Assembly: GCA_964430885.1 (NCBI GenBank)
Contig: CAYSHM010000026.1
Location: 1 to 46,505, forward strand
DNA length: 46,505 nucleotides
Source: an uncultured archaeon
Lineage (GTDB): Archaea; Thermoplasmatota; Penumbrarchaeia; JASLWR01
Reading direction: 5' to 3'
Shown here: positions 11,901 through 21,341 of the stretch, in pieces
Numbering within the stretch: the first letter of the stretch is position 1
Layout of the letters: every line of letters begins with the position of its first letter
Program-made: the position numbers and the translations under genes
Notes under the pieces: model-generated
The model's database searches: none
The model's input: only the letters and a program-made list of their open reading frames with translations
What the model was told of the DNA's origin: nothing

Positions 11901-13668
11901 GTATGCCGGACCCACTGACAGGTTCGAGATGGAAACTATCCAGACCGAGCTTTATGCCGGAATGCCCTTCAACCTGTTCGTCCAGGCAAAGGATGAGACA
12001 AACCATAATAATCTTACATACGACGCACCACTGATCTTCTCTCACAACTGCGACGCTACAGGTGACCTGGAACCGGTCCCCTGGAAGGATACCGTGGGCA
12101 CTGTGAGATACGACATGGTGGACGGTCAGTATAACGGCGGACACGCCTTCTACTTCAACAAGTCCGGCGGATGGTCAATCGGTGTCAAATCCGGTCTGAA
12201 CTACGCTATAGCCGGCAGCCTCAATATCGATGTCATGCCCGGTGAACTGAACTACCTGGCACCGACACCTGATCCCAGCGCGATCGTGGATCCCAACATT
12301 GTGGCCGACGGCAGACTGCTGATACCTGTATCAGGGGACCATGTTTTTGATGCTATAGGTTACGATGCTTTCGGCAATCTCATTGACGGTTTCGAGATCA
12401 CCGATTGGGATGTCATCGACGATATCGGCGAGATCAGCGAGGGAGAATTCCATGCTCTGGCATACTTCTCCTTTGATGATAAGACCGGAGTGAAGGAGGG
12501 CGAATATATTTTCAAGGACGGTGCTGTGAGAGTTACGGGCGTCGGACCTCTGGGCGTTGAAGTGAGCCACGATATTCTCATAAGGGTATACAATCCACTG
12601 AACATCTGGCTCGTCCCCGATGAGATCGAACCCTCCGGAATCCTTCTGGACCATCCACTTGAACTGAAGGTCCCTGTCCATTACTACACACCATACGAGA
12701 ACTTCCCGGACAACCTCCAGCTCAAGATATCCGCATATATCATAACTGATGTGGACAACAACCTCAACGCCATCGGCGGTGAGCACCTGATCTTCACCAG
12801 CGGAGCACCCAACACCACCTTCAGGCTCATCAATCTCAACGAGCCGGGCAATGTAGGTATTGCCACCTATTCTTTCCTGATACCCTACGAGAGCATCGCA
12901 GGTGTGATCGACCATGATCAGGAGAACAAGGACAATACCAACTGGCTCAAGGTTGTTATAGAGGATGTGCCCGGCGGCGGAGAGATGGGCGACTTCCAGT
13001 GGAATCTGGCTGATGATGAGTCCAAAACCGAACTCTATGCAGTATATGCACCGCCTCCCAGCGAGACCCCGTCATTCGCACCTGCAATGGCCATTATGGT
13101 GCTTGCTCTTCTCGGAGGAGCAGTTGTGGCCAATCTCTACGCAAGCAGTGGAGATAAGAAGGGACGAAAGGACGAGGACGGTGTTTCACCGGTCATTGCT
13201 ATAATTCTGATGGTGGCAATTACCATCGTCCTTGCCGGTGTTCTCTGGCTCTGGGTATCGGGACTTGTGGATACGCAAAAGAGCAACGATATCGAGTATG
13301 TTGATACTGCCTGGGAAAGCCCGACGCTTCAGAACGACTACCAGCTCATCATCGAGAATGTGAAGGATAAAGAATTCTCGGTTGAAGACCTGGAGTTCTC
13401 TCTAATGGATGGGAACAAGGTCGATAAAAGCATGGGTCAGCACAAGGTGACCGCCATCTACGGGAAGTCCATAGACAACGAGACCATCGTGTCCTTCCAT
13501 GACGGCGACCATGACGGGTATCTGTCTACGGGTGACCGGTTCATCATCAAGAGCGAGGACCACGATAACTACGACGGAACACCCGATCCCGGTGAGGCCA
13601 GGGCAGGATACTACTTCGCTCTGAAGACAAAGGACAACGAGCTCTTTGAGGTCCAGATCGAACAGTGA
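8980..13668 (+). CDS. Adhesin-pilin polyprotein paralog 2 (1562 aa): MAM/cleaved-adhesin-like jelly-roll and NPSFETG beta-sandwich domains, stalk, TPSF-TM, C-terminal type IV pilin
   Basis: GTG 8980 preceded by AGGAGG (8967-8972); N-terminal hydrophobic segment; IFADDFS..VEITTNGGGTW..FQIRWRY..GWCIDNV jelly-roll signature; TPSF at 13066; mature pilin 13183-13665. Confidence 0.9.
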   Translation: MKEKRMNIFGRNTILIVIISLLIISGFSMVLGMKFNNRDIKIKALNPGDRSSGKNTDARADDWQSIFADDFSAGVGAWTTGNEPITGSAPQCWECCGSRSSTWQWYANRHGESVYGNPNNGNMGSENSWIKTEEFTAGSTGELKVIFDSYSNNEGGFPCYYDVEWVEITTNGGGTWTPLHGNMGELHNYGDNTWRRGLTMPYNVDPYATFQIRWRYDTFDGCCGPNDGWCIDNVDIQGTGLRIGFSETFKKDLSDPDYYGGKAWYTYSSTDEGVNERVVLSPVLAEENPFTNPSFETGNTNGWVVDNSWNDWSNQRVWGGTSSSNYNAYFNSIPDGNYYYYVEMDTCCNPQPRWYGIGQDIQLPENAHSIEFDYSYYVDWTCCPYGDPLEIRVDIEPAGGGNPLETFILYETDWDVNMLHSEGVYEVDISAYAGQEVRFSFEFDASDWYYAFWCQFALDNFLLYVTEDVGFLAYDDMYCWRMDTGAETRDGENLNELVAHVGLQDVDVCNLKFATMAFGNDLTPDPMPASFQGHHESDGIAVSTDNETWYRLWQYENDLDDWVEKGPFDIIALLDANGVETCDSPSTNEDLWIKFQQYDDGGIPDSGIIWDFLDCEANEDAEGITLDVPRIWVHTEVSPDPPIYYAMDQGDPDLGTVNVTLFGLGDEEEGTPGTSIDLDYTQAPGIVVDGTLDWSAPSMAPGDINLVTADVTSIQGFHGDIGPIALQYEEWDGDIFETVLDMPIFRIMAFEYAEIEGSIIKNNGADPGDPGSEITLVSFDDQDPALEMPQQTFTDWTLTGLDDWSFEDVIDPETGQPFPHKKIVKSTGGEIGDEITITAIHQPTEIQVSFDLELTTGPATTLELVPAGALQYGLEGVLVVYIKDDYDNVIEDFSGETIYFVDMQEGDGGAFDVTGDDFLVFDGGQRGMGTFYLTPRGTWYEEQGDPPWYPGFRLQNTTGNPGPQDLWLEDILTVYAGPTDRFEMETIQTELYAGMPFNLFVQAKDETNHNNLTYDAPLIFSHNCDATGDLEPVPWKDTVGTVRYDMVDGQYNGGHAFYFNKSGGWSIGVKSGLNYAIAGSLNIDVMPGELNYLAPTPDPSAIVDPNIVADGRLLIPVSGDHVFDAIGYDAFGNLIDGFEITDWDVIDDIGEISEGEFHALAYFSFDDKTGVKEGEYIFKDGAVRVTGVGPLGVEVSHDILIRVYNPLNIWLVPDEIEPSGILLDHPLELKVPVHYYTPYENFPDNLQLKISAYIITDVDNNLNAIGGEHLIFTSGAPNTTFRLINLNEPGNVGIATYSFLIPYESIAGVIDHDQENKDNTNWLKVVIEDVPGGGEMGDFQWNLADDESKTELYAVYAPPPSETPSFAPAMAIMVLALLGGAVVANLYASSGDKKGRKDEDGVSPVIAIILMVAITIVLAGVLWLWVSGLVDTQKSNDIEYVDTAWESPTLQNDYQLIIENVKDKEFSVEDLEFSLMDGNKVDKSMGQHKVTAIYGKSIDNETIVSFHDGDHDGYLSTGDRFIIKSEDHDNYDGTPDPGEARAGYYFALKTKDNELFEVQIEQ
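12148..13400 (+). repeat. Near-identical direct repeat, copy 2
   Basis: Matches 7108-8360 at offset 5040. Confidence 0.9.
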
Positions 13669-13778
13669 TCAAAACAATTCGGCCTTTGTTTACAGTATAG
13701 CTCGGAAAGATTTATCAAGGTTCAAATGTGAACAGATATATTGAAAAAAATATATAAATAGATAAATTAATTATATCG

Positions 13779-13809
13779 GCCTCCGCCAGGGGGCATTTTT
13801 TTATTTTTT
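13779..13809 (+). terminator. Hairpin + T-tract terminator
   Basis: GCCTCC-GCCA-GGGGGC then ATTTTTTTATTTTTT. Confidence 0.7.
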
Positions 13810-13841
13810 GACTTTATTTTTTCTTCTCAAATTACATAATA

Positions 13842-13850
13842 TTTTTATAC
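13842..13850 (+). promoter_or_regulatory. Candidate TATA box for paralog 3
   Basis: TTTTTATAC about 62 nt before the ATG; the same string occurs at similar distance before paralog 5; SD GGAGTGA at 13899-13905. Confidence 0.55.
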
Positions 13851-13911
13851 TTGTCCTTTCCTAGATATTTTTACTCGTTCTTTTGGTTATAAAAAGATGG
13901 AGTGACGATCT

Positions 13912-16900
13912 ATGAAAGAAAATGGAGATACAAAAAATAATATCCGAAGGATATTGCTGATAATCGCTATCAGTGCACTGGTGCTCACAGGCATCGCTAT
14001 ACTGGTAGGGATTCTTTTTGAAGGAGATAGTACAGAGACCGTAACGGTAGAGGAAGTGGTTTTCCTTCCCTACCAGAATGAAAAGACCGTTGACGCCCAG
14101 ACCATGAGCTACGGGATGGCTGCTGTTTACAGTGACGGGAGCATAGGAAACCTCCCTGATGAGCCGTCTGACATGGCTGTAGATCTCGTCCTAGAAGAAG
14201 AGGTCCAAGTTCCCGAGAGGAAACGTGCTGTCGGCGATACCTATTCCTTCCAGTACACCGGAAATGATCAGAACTGGGAAGTACCTGAAGCAGGAACCTA
14301 CCTGGTGGAGATATGGGGAGCAGGAGGCGCAAGCAATGGCGGAACCCATGGAGGTAACGGCGGTGCTGTGACTGCAGAGGTTGAATTGGATGACGGCACT
14401 TATACCATAGTTGTCGGTGGTCATGGAGCACCCTCTAACTCCCACCGTTCAGGTAACGGTGCCGGAGGTTTCTCAGGAATTCTGCTGAACGGTGACCATA
14501 TCATATCGGCCGGTGGTGGTGGCGGTGCAGGGTCCCACAGCGGCAGTGGCCATGGTGGTAATGGAGGCTATCCCGGTGAAAAAGGTACTGATGGTCCTGG
14601 AGGATCTGGCGGTAACGGAGGAAGTATCGGCGATACACCCCAGGGTGGTGCTGGCGGTCTTGGACATTCGGACAATGGTGACCCAGGAACTGCCCAGGGC
14701 GGTGGACAGGGAGGAAGCGGTGGATCAAGTGCAGGTGCTGGTGGCGGCGGTGGCGGATACGGAACCGCTGCCGGTGCATCCGGTGGCTGCTACAGCTGCG
14801 GAGGTTGTGCAGGTGCAGGCGGTTATGGAGGCGGAGGAGGCGGAGGTGGAGGTGGATGCGGTGGCGGACCTACCCGATATTCCGGTGCTGGCGGAGGCGG
14901 AGGTGGATTCCGCGGTGGAGATGGCGGTAGGTGTTATAACTATTATGCTGGATACGGTGGCGGTGGAGGAGGCGGAGGGTGCAACTGGGCCGATCCCGAT
15001 TTCTGCGAAGAAGTTCAGCATACATCCGGAGGGGGCGCTGCACCAATGCAGAGCGGTAAGATCGAAATGGAGTACCTTGGTGGAGGCCAGAACTCAGATT
15101 ACGGAATGGAATACGAAGAAGGAACTGGAGAGACATATGAGTTCACAAATTGCGGTCGAGCCGGTCAGTATGGTCCAAGCCAAGGTCAGATAAACAATGA
15201 ATATAACGGAACAAACCTGCAGGGGCAGGTCACCTGGGTCTATAATGGCATCCAGCGCTGGACCGTCCCTGAGACCAATACCTATACAATCACAACACTT
15301 GGTGCAGAAGGCGGTTTCCAGAACGGGCAGAACAATGGTGGTTACGGAGCCAAAATGAAGGGCGACTTCTATCTTGAGCAGGGAACTGTACTGAAGATCT
15401 TAGTTGGACAAAAGGGTGAGAATGGTAATGGTTCCGGAGGTGGTGGAGGTGGCTCCTATGTCACACTGAATAATAATGATCCCTTGATAATTTCTGGTGG
15501 AGGTGGAGGAGGCCAATGGGGACAAGCTATTCAATCATACCAGCATGGGACCGTTGACCAGAGCGGTCAGAGCACAAATCACGTGAATGGTGGGACAAAT
15601 GGTTCCGGTGGTCAGGGCGATTATGGTGGCGGATGCTGTGGAGGTGGAGGTCTGACCGGTAACGGAGGCGGAGGAAGCTATGGTTCCCCAGGTATAGCTT
15701 TTGTCAATGGTGGAAACGGAGGTAACACAAGCTACCAATCCCGCGGTGGGTTCGGAGGTGGAGGAGGTACTCACGGCAACTCAGGCGGTGGCGGAGGAGG
15801 AGGAGGTTACTCCGGTGGCGCGGGAGGTTACCATAATGATACATGGGGTAATGGAGGAGGAGGAGGTTCCTACAACGATGGTGACAACCAGGACAACGAG
15901 ACGGGAGTCAACCAGGGACATGGTTTAGTGACCATTGCAGTAGCACCTGTACCTTTAGCCCGGTATTACAAGGAAACATTCACCGAACCCTTTTTAGGTG
16001 AGGATGCCAGTGAATTCGGTGTTTCATGGTATGATAACAGCGAATTGGAATCGGCAAGGAACCAGAGGATTGTTACAGAACCCGAGAGGATCGAAGCTGC
16101 AAACTATACGTTCACTAATTGTGGATCTACTGGTAGATACGGCCCAAGCCAGGCAAATGTAAATTCTGAATATTCAGGAACAAATCTCGATGGCAATGTA
16201 ACTGTCGGCCAACAGGGATACCAGGAATGGATAGTTCCTGAAACAGCCACCTATACAATTAAAACATATGGTGCTAAAGGAGGAAGCGGCAGTTCAAAAA
16301 CTGGCGGAAAAGGTGCAATGATGAGCGGTGAATTTGAATTGATCCAGGGAGATAAGCTAATTATTCTGGTAGGACAGAAAGGTATTGATACACAGGGGTC
16401 CGGCTGCGGCTGCGCTTCCGGTGGTGGCGGAACCTATGTTGCCATTGGTAATAATTATTCCAGTGCCGATCCCCTGATCGTTGCTGGAGCCGGTGGCGGT
16501 GCTTCGGACTATTCTGGAAGAGATGGTAATCCCGGTGTTACAACAGAATGGGGTTCCAATTATGCTGGAACATGCTGCGGAGGACAAAACGGAAACGGGG
16601 GCACAGGAGGCAACGGCGGACATGGCGCTGGTTTCTTCGGTGATGCAGGTTGGAGTAATTATGTCTATACAGTGGCCAAATCATACAGGAACGGAGGTGT
16701 TGGCGGTGATTATAGCTATAACACTGATGGTGGATTTGGAGGGGGAGGGGCATCCCATACATGCTGTGAACCTGGTGCAGGCGGAGGATACAGCGGCGGT
16801 TCTGCAGATTGGAGCGGTTATAGATTGGCCGGAGGCGGTGGATCCTACAATGACGGTGCTAACCAAGATAACCAAGAGGGCGCAAATAATGGACATGGCA

Positions 16901-19900
16901 TGGTAGAGATAATTATTTATGAAGACCTGGATGATCCAGGATTCGATGCATATGATCAAGAAGAACGCGGACCATACTGCTGGGTGATGGACAATCCTGA
17001 TCCGGTTGTTAGAGATACAAATCTCAATGAGATGGTCCTGCACATCGGTCTGGATGCAGGTGAAGAAGATGTCACGGATCTGACATTTGAATTTGCGACA
17101 GCTGTTTACGGTAATTGCGAGATCCTCCCGCCCAGTCTCTCCAACGGAGATGATATGGACTACGATGGTATACTGGTGAGTACTGATGGCGAGGATTGGT
17201 ACAAACTGTGGTCACCTGTCATAGCAGAAGAGAATTGGACGATGCACGAAGGGCTCGATATCCTGGCGGCATTACCTCCCAACAGTGTTGATCCCCAGGA
17301 AGATCTGTTTATGAAATTCCTGCAGTTCGGAAGCGGTACCTTCCCGGATGAGTGTATAATTTGGGATGAGATGACCTTAAGGGCGAATCCTGAAGTTGAA
17401 TTCATATTCGAAGTTCCATCTTTGGACTATCAATTGACCACCGATCCCGAAGATCCCTTCAGGATATATGCCGAAGGTCAGGGCGATCCCGATGTTGCCA
17501 CGGTAACTTTCAGCCTAGATGGAATCGGCGGTGCGGTAAACCCAGGAATGACAAGAGCGGATCCGATATTATACGAGTTCACCACCTGCGGGCAGACGGG
17601 TAGATACGGTCCTTCACAGGCTCAGGTCAATAACGCTTACTCTGGAACAACACTGGATGGTGCGGTAACATCAAATAACGGTATTCAGACATGGACTGTC
17701 CCCGACAGCGGTCTTTATATTCTAGAGACCTGGGGTGCTAAAGGAGGTGATGCTAATCATCAGGGCGGTAATGGAGCCAGGATGAGAGGTGAATTCGAAT
17801 TGGAAGAGGGGGATACTCTGAAAATACTTATTGGCCAGATGGGTATCGGAGGCGGCAGTGGATGCAGTAATGCATGCGGAGGCGGTGGAGGAACCTATGT
17901 GACATACGACGACAATACGCCACTAATAATAGCAGGTGGCGGTTCAGGTGATGACGGAGCTTCAAACGGATATGATGGCCGTATAGAGGAAAGCGGTGGG
18001 CAGGGTGAGAGCGGAGCTCCCGGTGGAACCAATGGTAACGGAGGAGAGGATGCGAACAGCTATGGCTGTGGATCCGGAGGTGGCGGCGGTTTGCTCACCG
18101 ATGGAGGTTCCGACGGCTGTTATGGTCATCAGAGAGGATTTGCCTTTGTAAATGGTGGAACCGGAGGCAGTTCCAGCTATGGTGGAAGATACGGAGGATT
18201 CGGCGGCGGTGCTGGAACTCACAGGAATAATACCGGTGGTGGAGCAGGTGGCGGTTATTCCGGCGGTGGTGCCCCGAGACATGGCTGCAATTATGCTGGA
18301 GGCGGCGGCGGTTCCTACAATGCTGGTGAAAACCCCGACAATGAAGCGGGTGCCAATTCCGATCATGGAAAGGTAGAGATCTCCTATATAGGTGGTGGAG
18401 ATCCAGCAGCCACAGAGGTAAGGTTCCTTTATGAGAGAGCAGACGGCATCGTCGTGAATGATGATCCATTTATCACTGAGATAGCATGGTCCTCACTTGA
18501 TGAATACCCAGATGATGATGCTGTTTTCATCAGCGATGAGTTCGAAATCGAGTTTACAATATCCAATCCTCAAGGATTCGCTGGTGAGATAGGAACATTT
18601 TCTCTTCAGTATATCACATGGGACAACGAGGTTGTGGATATTGAGTTGGAATCACCTTACCTCCGGATCCAGGAATTCTCATATGCCGAGTTCAGTGAGG
18701 ACTCTATGTTCATAGCCAATAACTATGGACAGGTCCCAGGCGGTGAGAACCTTATTACCCTTGTCGCATATGATGATCTGGAACCCTCTGGTGAAATGCC
18801 GCCTCAACAATACCACGGCTGGCAGGTTGACCTGCCCACTGTAGACAGCTTCCAGCTGATCGATACACCATCGAGTCACCAGAAATACCTGCATATTACT
18901 GGCGGAGAGCCAGGAGATACTGGTATGATCACGGTGACGCACGGACCCGGAAGAGGAACTGGTGATACATTTGAGTTACCCATCACTCTGACTTCCGGAC
19001 CTGCAACCACCGCTGATGTCACTACTATGGACCCATATATGTACAGTATGACCGACATATTGACGGTAGCAGTGCAGGATGACTATGGCAATGAAGCTGT
19101 GGACTGGACTGGGAAGATGTACATCAGTCTGCTAGCTGGTGAGGTCGAATTCTCAGAGGAAGTCGAGATTGAGGGCGACGGCGGTGCATATGACGGCTGG
19201 CTCTACTATGAGTTCACTCCGGCGGATCGTGCACTACATACCTTCTTCATAACCCCGTGGACCTACATGGGTGACGGCGATACCATCATTCATTTCGAAA
19301 CGGTAACGGGCATCAATGCTGATGTATCACTAACTGTGGATGCAGGACCTGTCAGTGATCTTGTGGTCACACCGGATTGGGATGAGATGGGTGTACTACC
19401 CAGGAATCCAGCCTATATCTATGCTGGTGAAACCCTTTATCTGGATGTCCAGGCAGTGGATATGGGTAACCATGTATCGACCTCCTATAATGCACCGATA
19501 ATAATAGGACATAATTCAGACGGCACAGGTACTTTGGAACCTGAACCATGGTTCACTGAAGAATCCAATGTGATCATGGAGATGGTCGATGGAGATATAA
19601 CTGCCCAGGATCAGTTGACAGAGTTCATTTTCTACAAAGCAACAGGAGATCTGGATATAACTGTGAAATCTGGTATCAACCACGCTATTGCGGGTAAACT
19701 CGACCTTGAGGTCAGAGCTGGCCCCTTGGCAGAATTGACCCCGATTCCTGATCCTGCTGTTATGGATGCTCTGCATGCTGCAGACGGAAGAATGCTTATA
19801 CCCGTCAGCGGAACCCAAACCTTTGATGTTCTCGGATACGACGAATGGGGTAATCCGGTAATGGACCTTTCCATTACCGAATGGGATGTAGACGAACCTC

Positions 19901-21150
19901 TTGGAATGATGGATGATGATGAGTTCCAGGCTGTTGATTACTTCAGTCTCAAGGATGGGCCGGGAATAGAACCTGGAGAGTATTCCTATCTCGATGGATT
20001 TGTCTATATAACAGCTGAAGATGATGATGAATATCTTGAAGGTGAAGTTATCCTGAACGTACCAATAAGGGTCTTCAATCGATTGAATGTCTGGATTGTC
20101 GAGGAAGAGATCGGAGCAACAGAATTCCTTCTGGATACACCGTTCGAACTGAGAGTACCAGTTCATTACAAGACACCTGCGAATTCTTTCCCGGACAACC
20201 TCCAGCTGCTGGTCAAGTGTACCATCTACCATGAGGTAAATGTGCAGGGTATTGAACAGGGTACCGGACACGTTATCCATACCAGCGGAGCACCCAATGG
20301 TACCTTTAGACTGCTGAACCTCATAGGTGAGAAGGATGGTATCAAAGAGTACAGTGTGCTTATTCCCTATGAAGGCATGGCAAGTGCTCTGAACTACGAT
20401 ATGGAGAATGGAAACACGCTGAATTATCTCAAAGTAGAGATATTGGATGTGCCAGGTGGCGCAGACATGGGTGATTTCCAGTGGAACGAGGAAGATGATT
20501 CTGCATTGACCGAACTTCACGCTGTAGCTACACCGCCTGCCAGCGAGACCCCTTCATTCGCACCTGCCATGGCCCTAATGGTGCTTGCCCTTCTGGGTGG
20601 AGCTGTTGTGGCCAACCTCTACTCAACCAAAGGAAAGAAGAAAGGACGAAAGGACGAGGACGGTGTTTCACCGGTCATTGCTATCATTCTCATGGTGGCC
20701 ATAACCATCGTCCTTGCCGGTGTTCTCTGGCTGTGGGTATCCGGATTGGTTGACACGCAGAAGAGCAATGATATCGAGTATGTGGACACCGCTTGGGAAA
20801 GCCTAACACTTCAGAACGATTACCAGCTCATCATCGAGAACGTGAAGGATAAAGAATTCTCGGTTGAGGACCTGGAGTTCTCTCTAATGGATGGGAACAA
20901 GGTGGATAAGAGCATGGGCCAGCACAAGGTGACAGCCATCTACGGCAAGTCTATCGACAACGAGACCATCGTGTCCTTCCATGACGGCGACCATGACGGA
21001 TATCTGTCCACGGGTGATAGGTTCATCATCAAGAGTGAGGACCATGTGAACTATGACGGAAGTGCGGATCCTGGTGAGGCCAGGGCTGGATACTATTTCG
21101 CTTTGAAGACCAAGGACAACGAGCTCTTTGAAGTGCAGATCGAGCAGTAG
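13912..21150 (+). CDS. Adhesin-pilin polyprotein paralog 3 (2412 aa) with four ALK/LTK-type glycine-rich domains
   Basis: Gly-rich domains at about 14233-15075, 15130-15940, 16102-16920 and 17566-18390 with the pattern FTxCG..G..GP.Q..GIQ.W.VP..Y.I...GA.GG..GA.M.G.F.L..L.ILVGQ.G; TPSF at 20548; mature pilin 20665-21147. Confidence 0.9.
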   Translation: MKENGDTKNNIRRILLIIAISALVLTGIAILVGILFEGDSTETVTVEEVVFLPYQNEKTVDAQTMSYGMAAVYSDGSIGNLPDEPSDMAVDLVLEEEVQVPERKRAVGDTYSFQYTGNDQNWEVPEAGTYLVEIWGAGGASNGGTHGGNGGAVTAEVELDDGTYTIVVGGHGAPSNSHRSGNGAGGFSGILLNGDHIISAGGGGGAGSHSGSGHGGNGGYPGEKGTDGPGGSGGNGGSIGDTPQGGAGGLGHSDNGDPGTAQGGGQGGSGGSSAGAGGGGGGYGTAAGASGGCYSCGGCAGAGGYGGGGGGGGGGCGGGPTRYSGAGGGGGGFRGGDGGRCYNYYAGYGGGGGGGGCNWADPDFCEEVQHTSGGGAAPMQSGKIEMEYLGGGQNSDYGMEYEEGTGETYEFTNCGRAGQYGPSQGQINNEYNGTNLQGQVTWVYNGIQRWTVPETNTYTITTLGAEGGFQNGQNNGGYGAKMKGDFYLEQGTVLKILVGQKGENGNGSGGGGGGSYVTLNNNDPLIISGGGGGGQWGQAIQSYQHGTVDQSGQSTNHVNGGTNGSGGQGDYGGGCCGGGGLTGNGGGGSYGSPGIAFVNGGNGGNTSYQSRGGFGGGGGTHGNSGGGGGGGGYSGGAGGYHNDTWGNGGGGGSYNDGDNQDNETGVNQGHGLVTIAVAPVPLARYYKETFTEPFLGEDASEFGVSWYDNSELESARNQRIVTEPERIEAANYTFTNCGSTGRYGPSQANVNSEYSGTNLDGNVTVGQQGYQEWIVPETATYTIKTYGAKGGSGSSKTGGKGAMMSGEFELIQGDKLIILVGQKGIDTQGSGCGCASGGGGTYVAIGNNYSSADPLIVAGAGGGASDYSGRDGNPGVTTEWGSNYAGTCCGGQNGNGGTGGNGGHGAGFFGDAGWSNYVYTVAKSYRNGGVGGDYSYNTDGGFGGGGASHTCCEPGAGGGYSGGSADWSGYRLAGGGGSYNDGANQDNQEGANNGHGMVEIIIYEDLDDPGFDAYDQEERGPYCWVMDNPDPVVRDTNLNEMVLHIGLDAGEEDVTDLTFEFATAVYGNCEILPPSLSNGDDMDYDGILVSTDGEDWYKLWSPVIAEENWTMHEGLDILAALPPNSVDPQEDLFMKFLQFGSGTFPDECIIWDEMTLRANPEVEFIFEVPSLDYQLTTDPEDPFRIYAEGQGDPDVATVTFSLDGIGGAVNPGMTRADPILYEFTTCGQTGRYGPSQAQVNNAYSGTTLDGAVTSNNGIQTWTVPDSGLYILETWGAKGGDANHQGGNGARMRGEFELEEGDTLKILIGQMGIGGGSGCSNACGGGGGTYVTYDDNTPLIIAGGGSGDDGASNGYDGRIEESGGQGESGAPGGTNGNGGEDANSYGCGSGGGGGLLTDGGSDGCYGHQRGFAFVNGGTGGSSSYGGRYGGFGGGAGTHRNNTGGGAGGGYSGGGAPRHGCNYAGGGGGSYNAGENPDNEAGANSDHGKVEISYIGGGDPAATEVRFLYERADGIVVNDDPFITEIAWSSLDEYPDDDAVFISDEFEIEFTISNPQGFAGEIGTFSLQYITWDNEVVDIELESPYLRIQEFSYAEFSEDSMFIANNYGQVPGGENLITLVAYDDLEPSGEMPPQQYHGWQVDLPTVDSFQLIDTPSSHQKYLHITGGEPGDTGMITVTHGPGRGTGDTFELPITLTSGPATTADVTTMDPYMYSMTDILTVAVQDDYGNEAVDWTGKMYISLLAGEVEFSEEVEIEGDGGAYDGWLYYEFTPADRALHTFFITPWTYMGDGDTIIHFETVTGINADVSLTVDAGPVSDLVVTPDWDEMGVLPRNPAYIYAGETLYLDVQAVDMGNHVSTSYNAPIIIGHNSDGTGTLEPEPWFTEESNVIMEMVDGDITAQDQLTEFIFYKATGDLDITVKSGINHAIAGKLDLEVRAGPLAELTPIPDPAVMDALHAADGRMLIPVSGTQTFDVLGYDEWGNPVMDLSITEWDVDEPLGMMDDDEFQAVDYFSLKDGPGIEPGEYSYLDGFVYITAEDDDEYLEGEVILNVPIRVFNRLNVWIVEEEIGATEFLLDTPFELRVPVHYKTPANSFPDNLQLLVKCTIYHEVNVQGIEQGTGHVIHTSGAPNGTFRLLNLIGEKDGIKEYSVLIPYEGMASALNYDMENGNTLNYLKVEILDVPGGADMGDFQWNEEDDSALTELHAVATPPASETPSFAPAMALMVLALLGGAVVANLYSTKGKKKGRKDEDGVSPVIAIILMVAITIVLAGVLWLWVSGLVDTQKSNDIEYVDTAWESLTLQNDYQLIIENVKDKEFSVEDLEFSLMDGNKVDKSMGQHKVTAIYGKSIDNETIVSFHDGDHDGYLSTGDRFIIKSEDHVNYDGSADPGEARAGYYFALKTKDNELFEVQIEQ

Positions 21151-21201
21151 AAAAAATGTAATTAATTAATGTTTTTCGAAAACATGGATGGTTTTCCATC
21201 T

Positions 21202-21227
21202 GGGACCCTTCGGGGTCCCTTTTTTTT
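21202..21227 (+). terminator. Hairpin + T-tract terminator
   Basis: GGGACCC-TTCG-GGGTCCC followed by T8. Confidence 0.9.
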
Positions 21228-21247
21228 AAATTTTTTATTCTAACAAA

Positions 21248-21256
21248 TTATAAATA
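21248..21256 (+). promoter_or_regulatory. Candidate TATA box for paralog 4
   Basis: TTATAAATA preceded by ACAAA (BRE-like), about 85 nt before ATG 21342. Confidence 0.5.
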
Positions 21257-21341
21257 ATCCAGTGATTCTAGATATTTTACTCCGGCTGCTTTAAATGAAA
21301 GCTGAAGTGAAACAATCTGAAAAAGGAAAGGAGATACTAAC

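Noticed and set aside
7108-13400. Diversity-generating retroelement TR/VR pair
   Set aside because: No reverse transcriptase in the window, both copies are coding, and the differences are synonymous and not adenine-specific.
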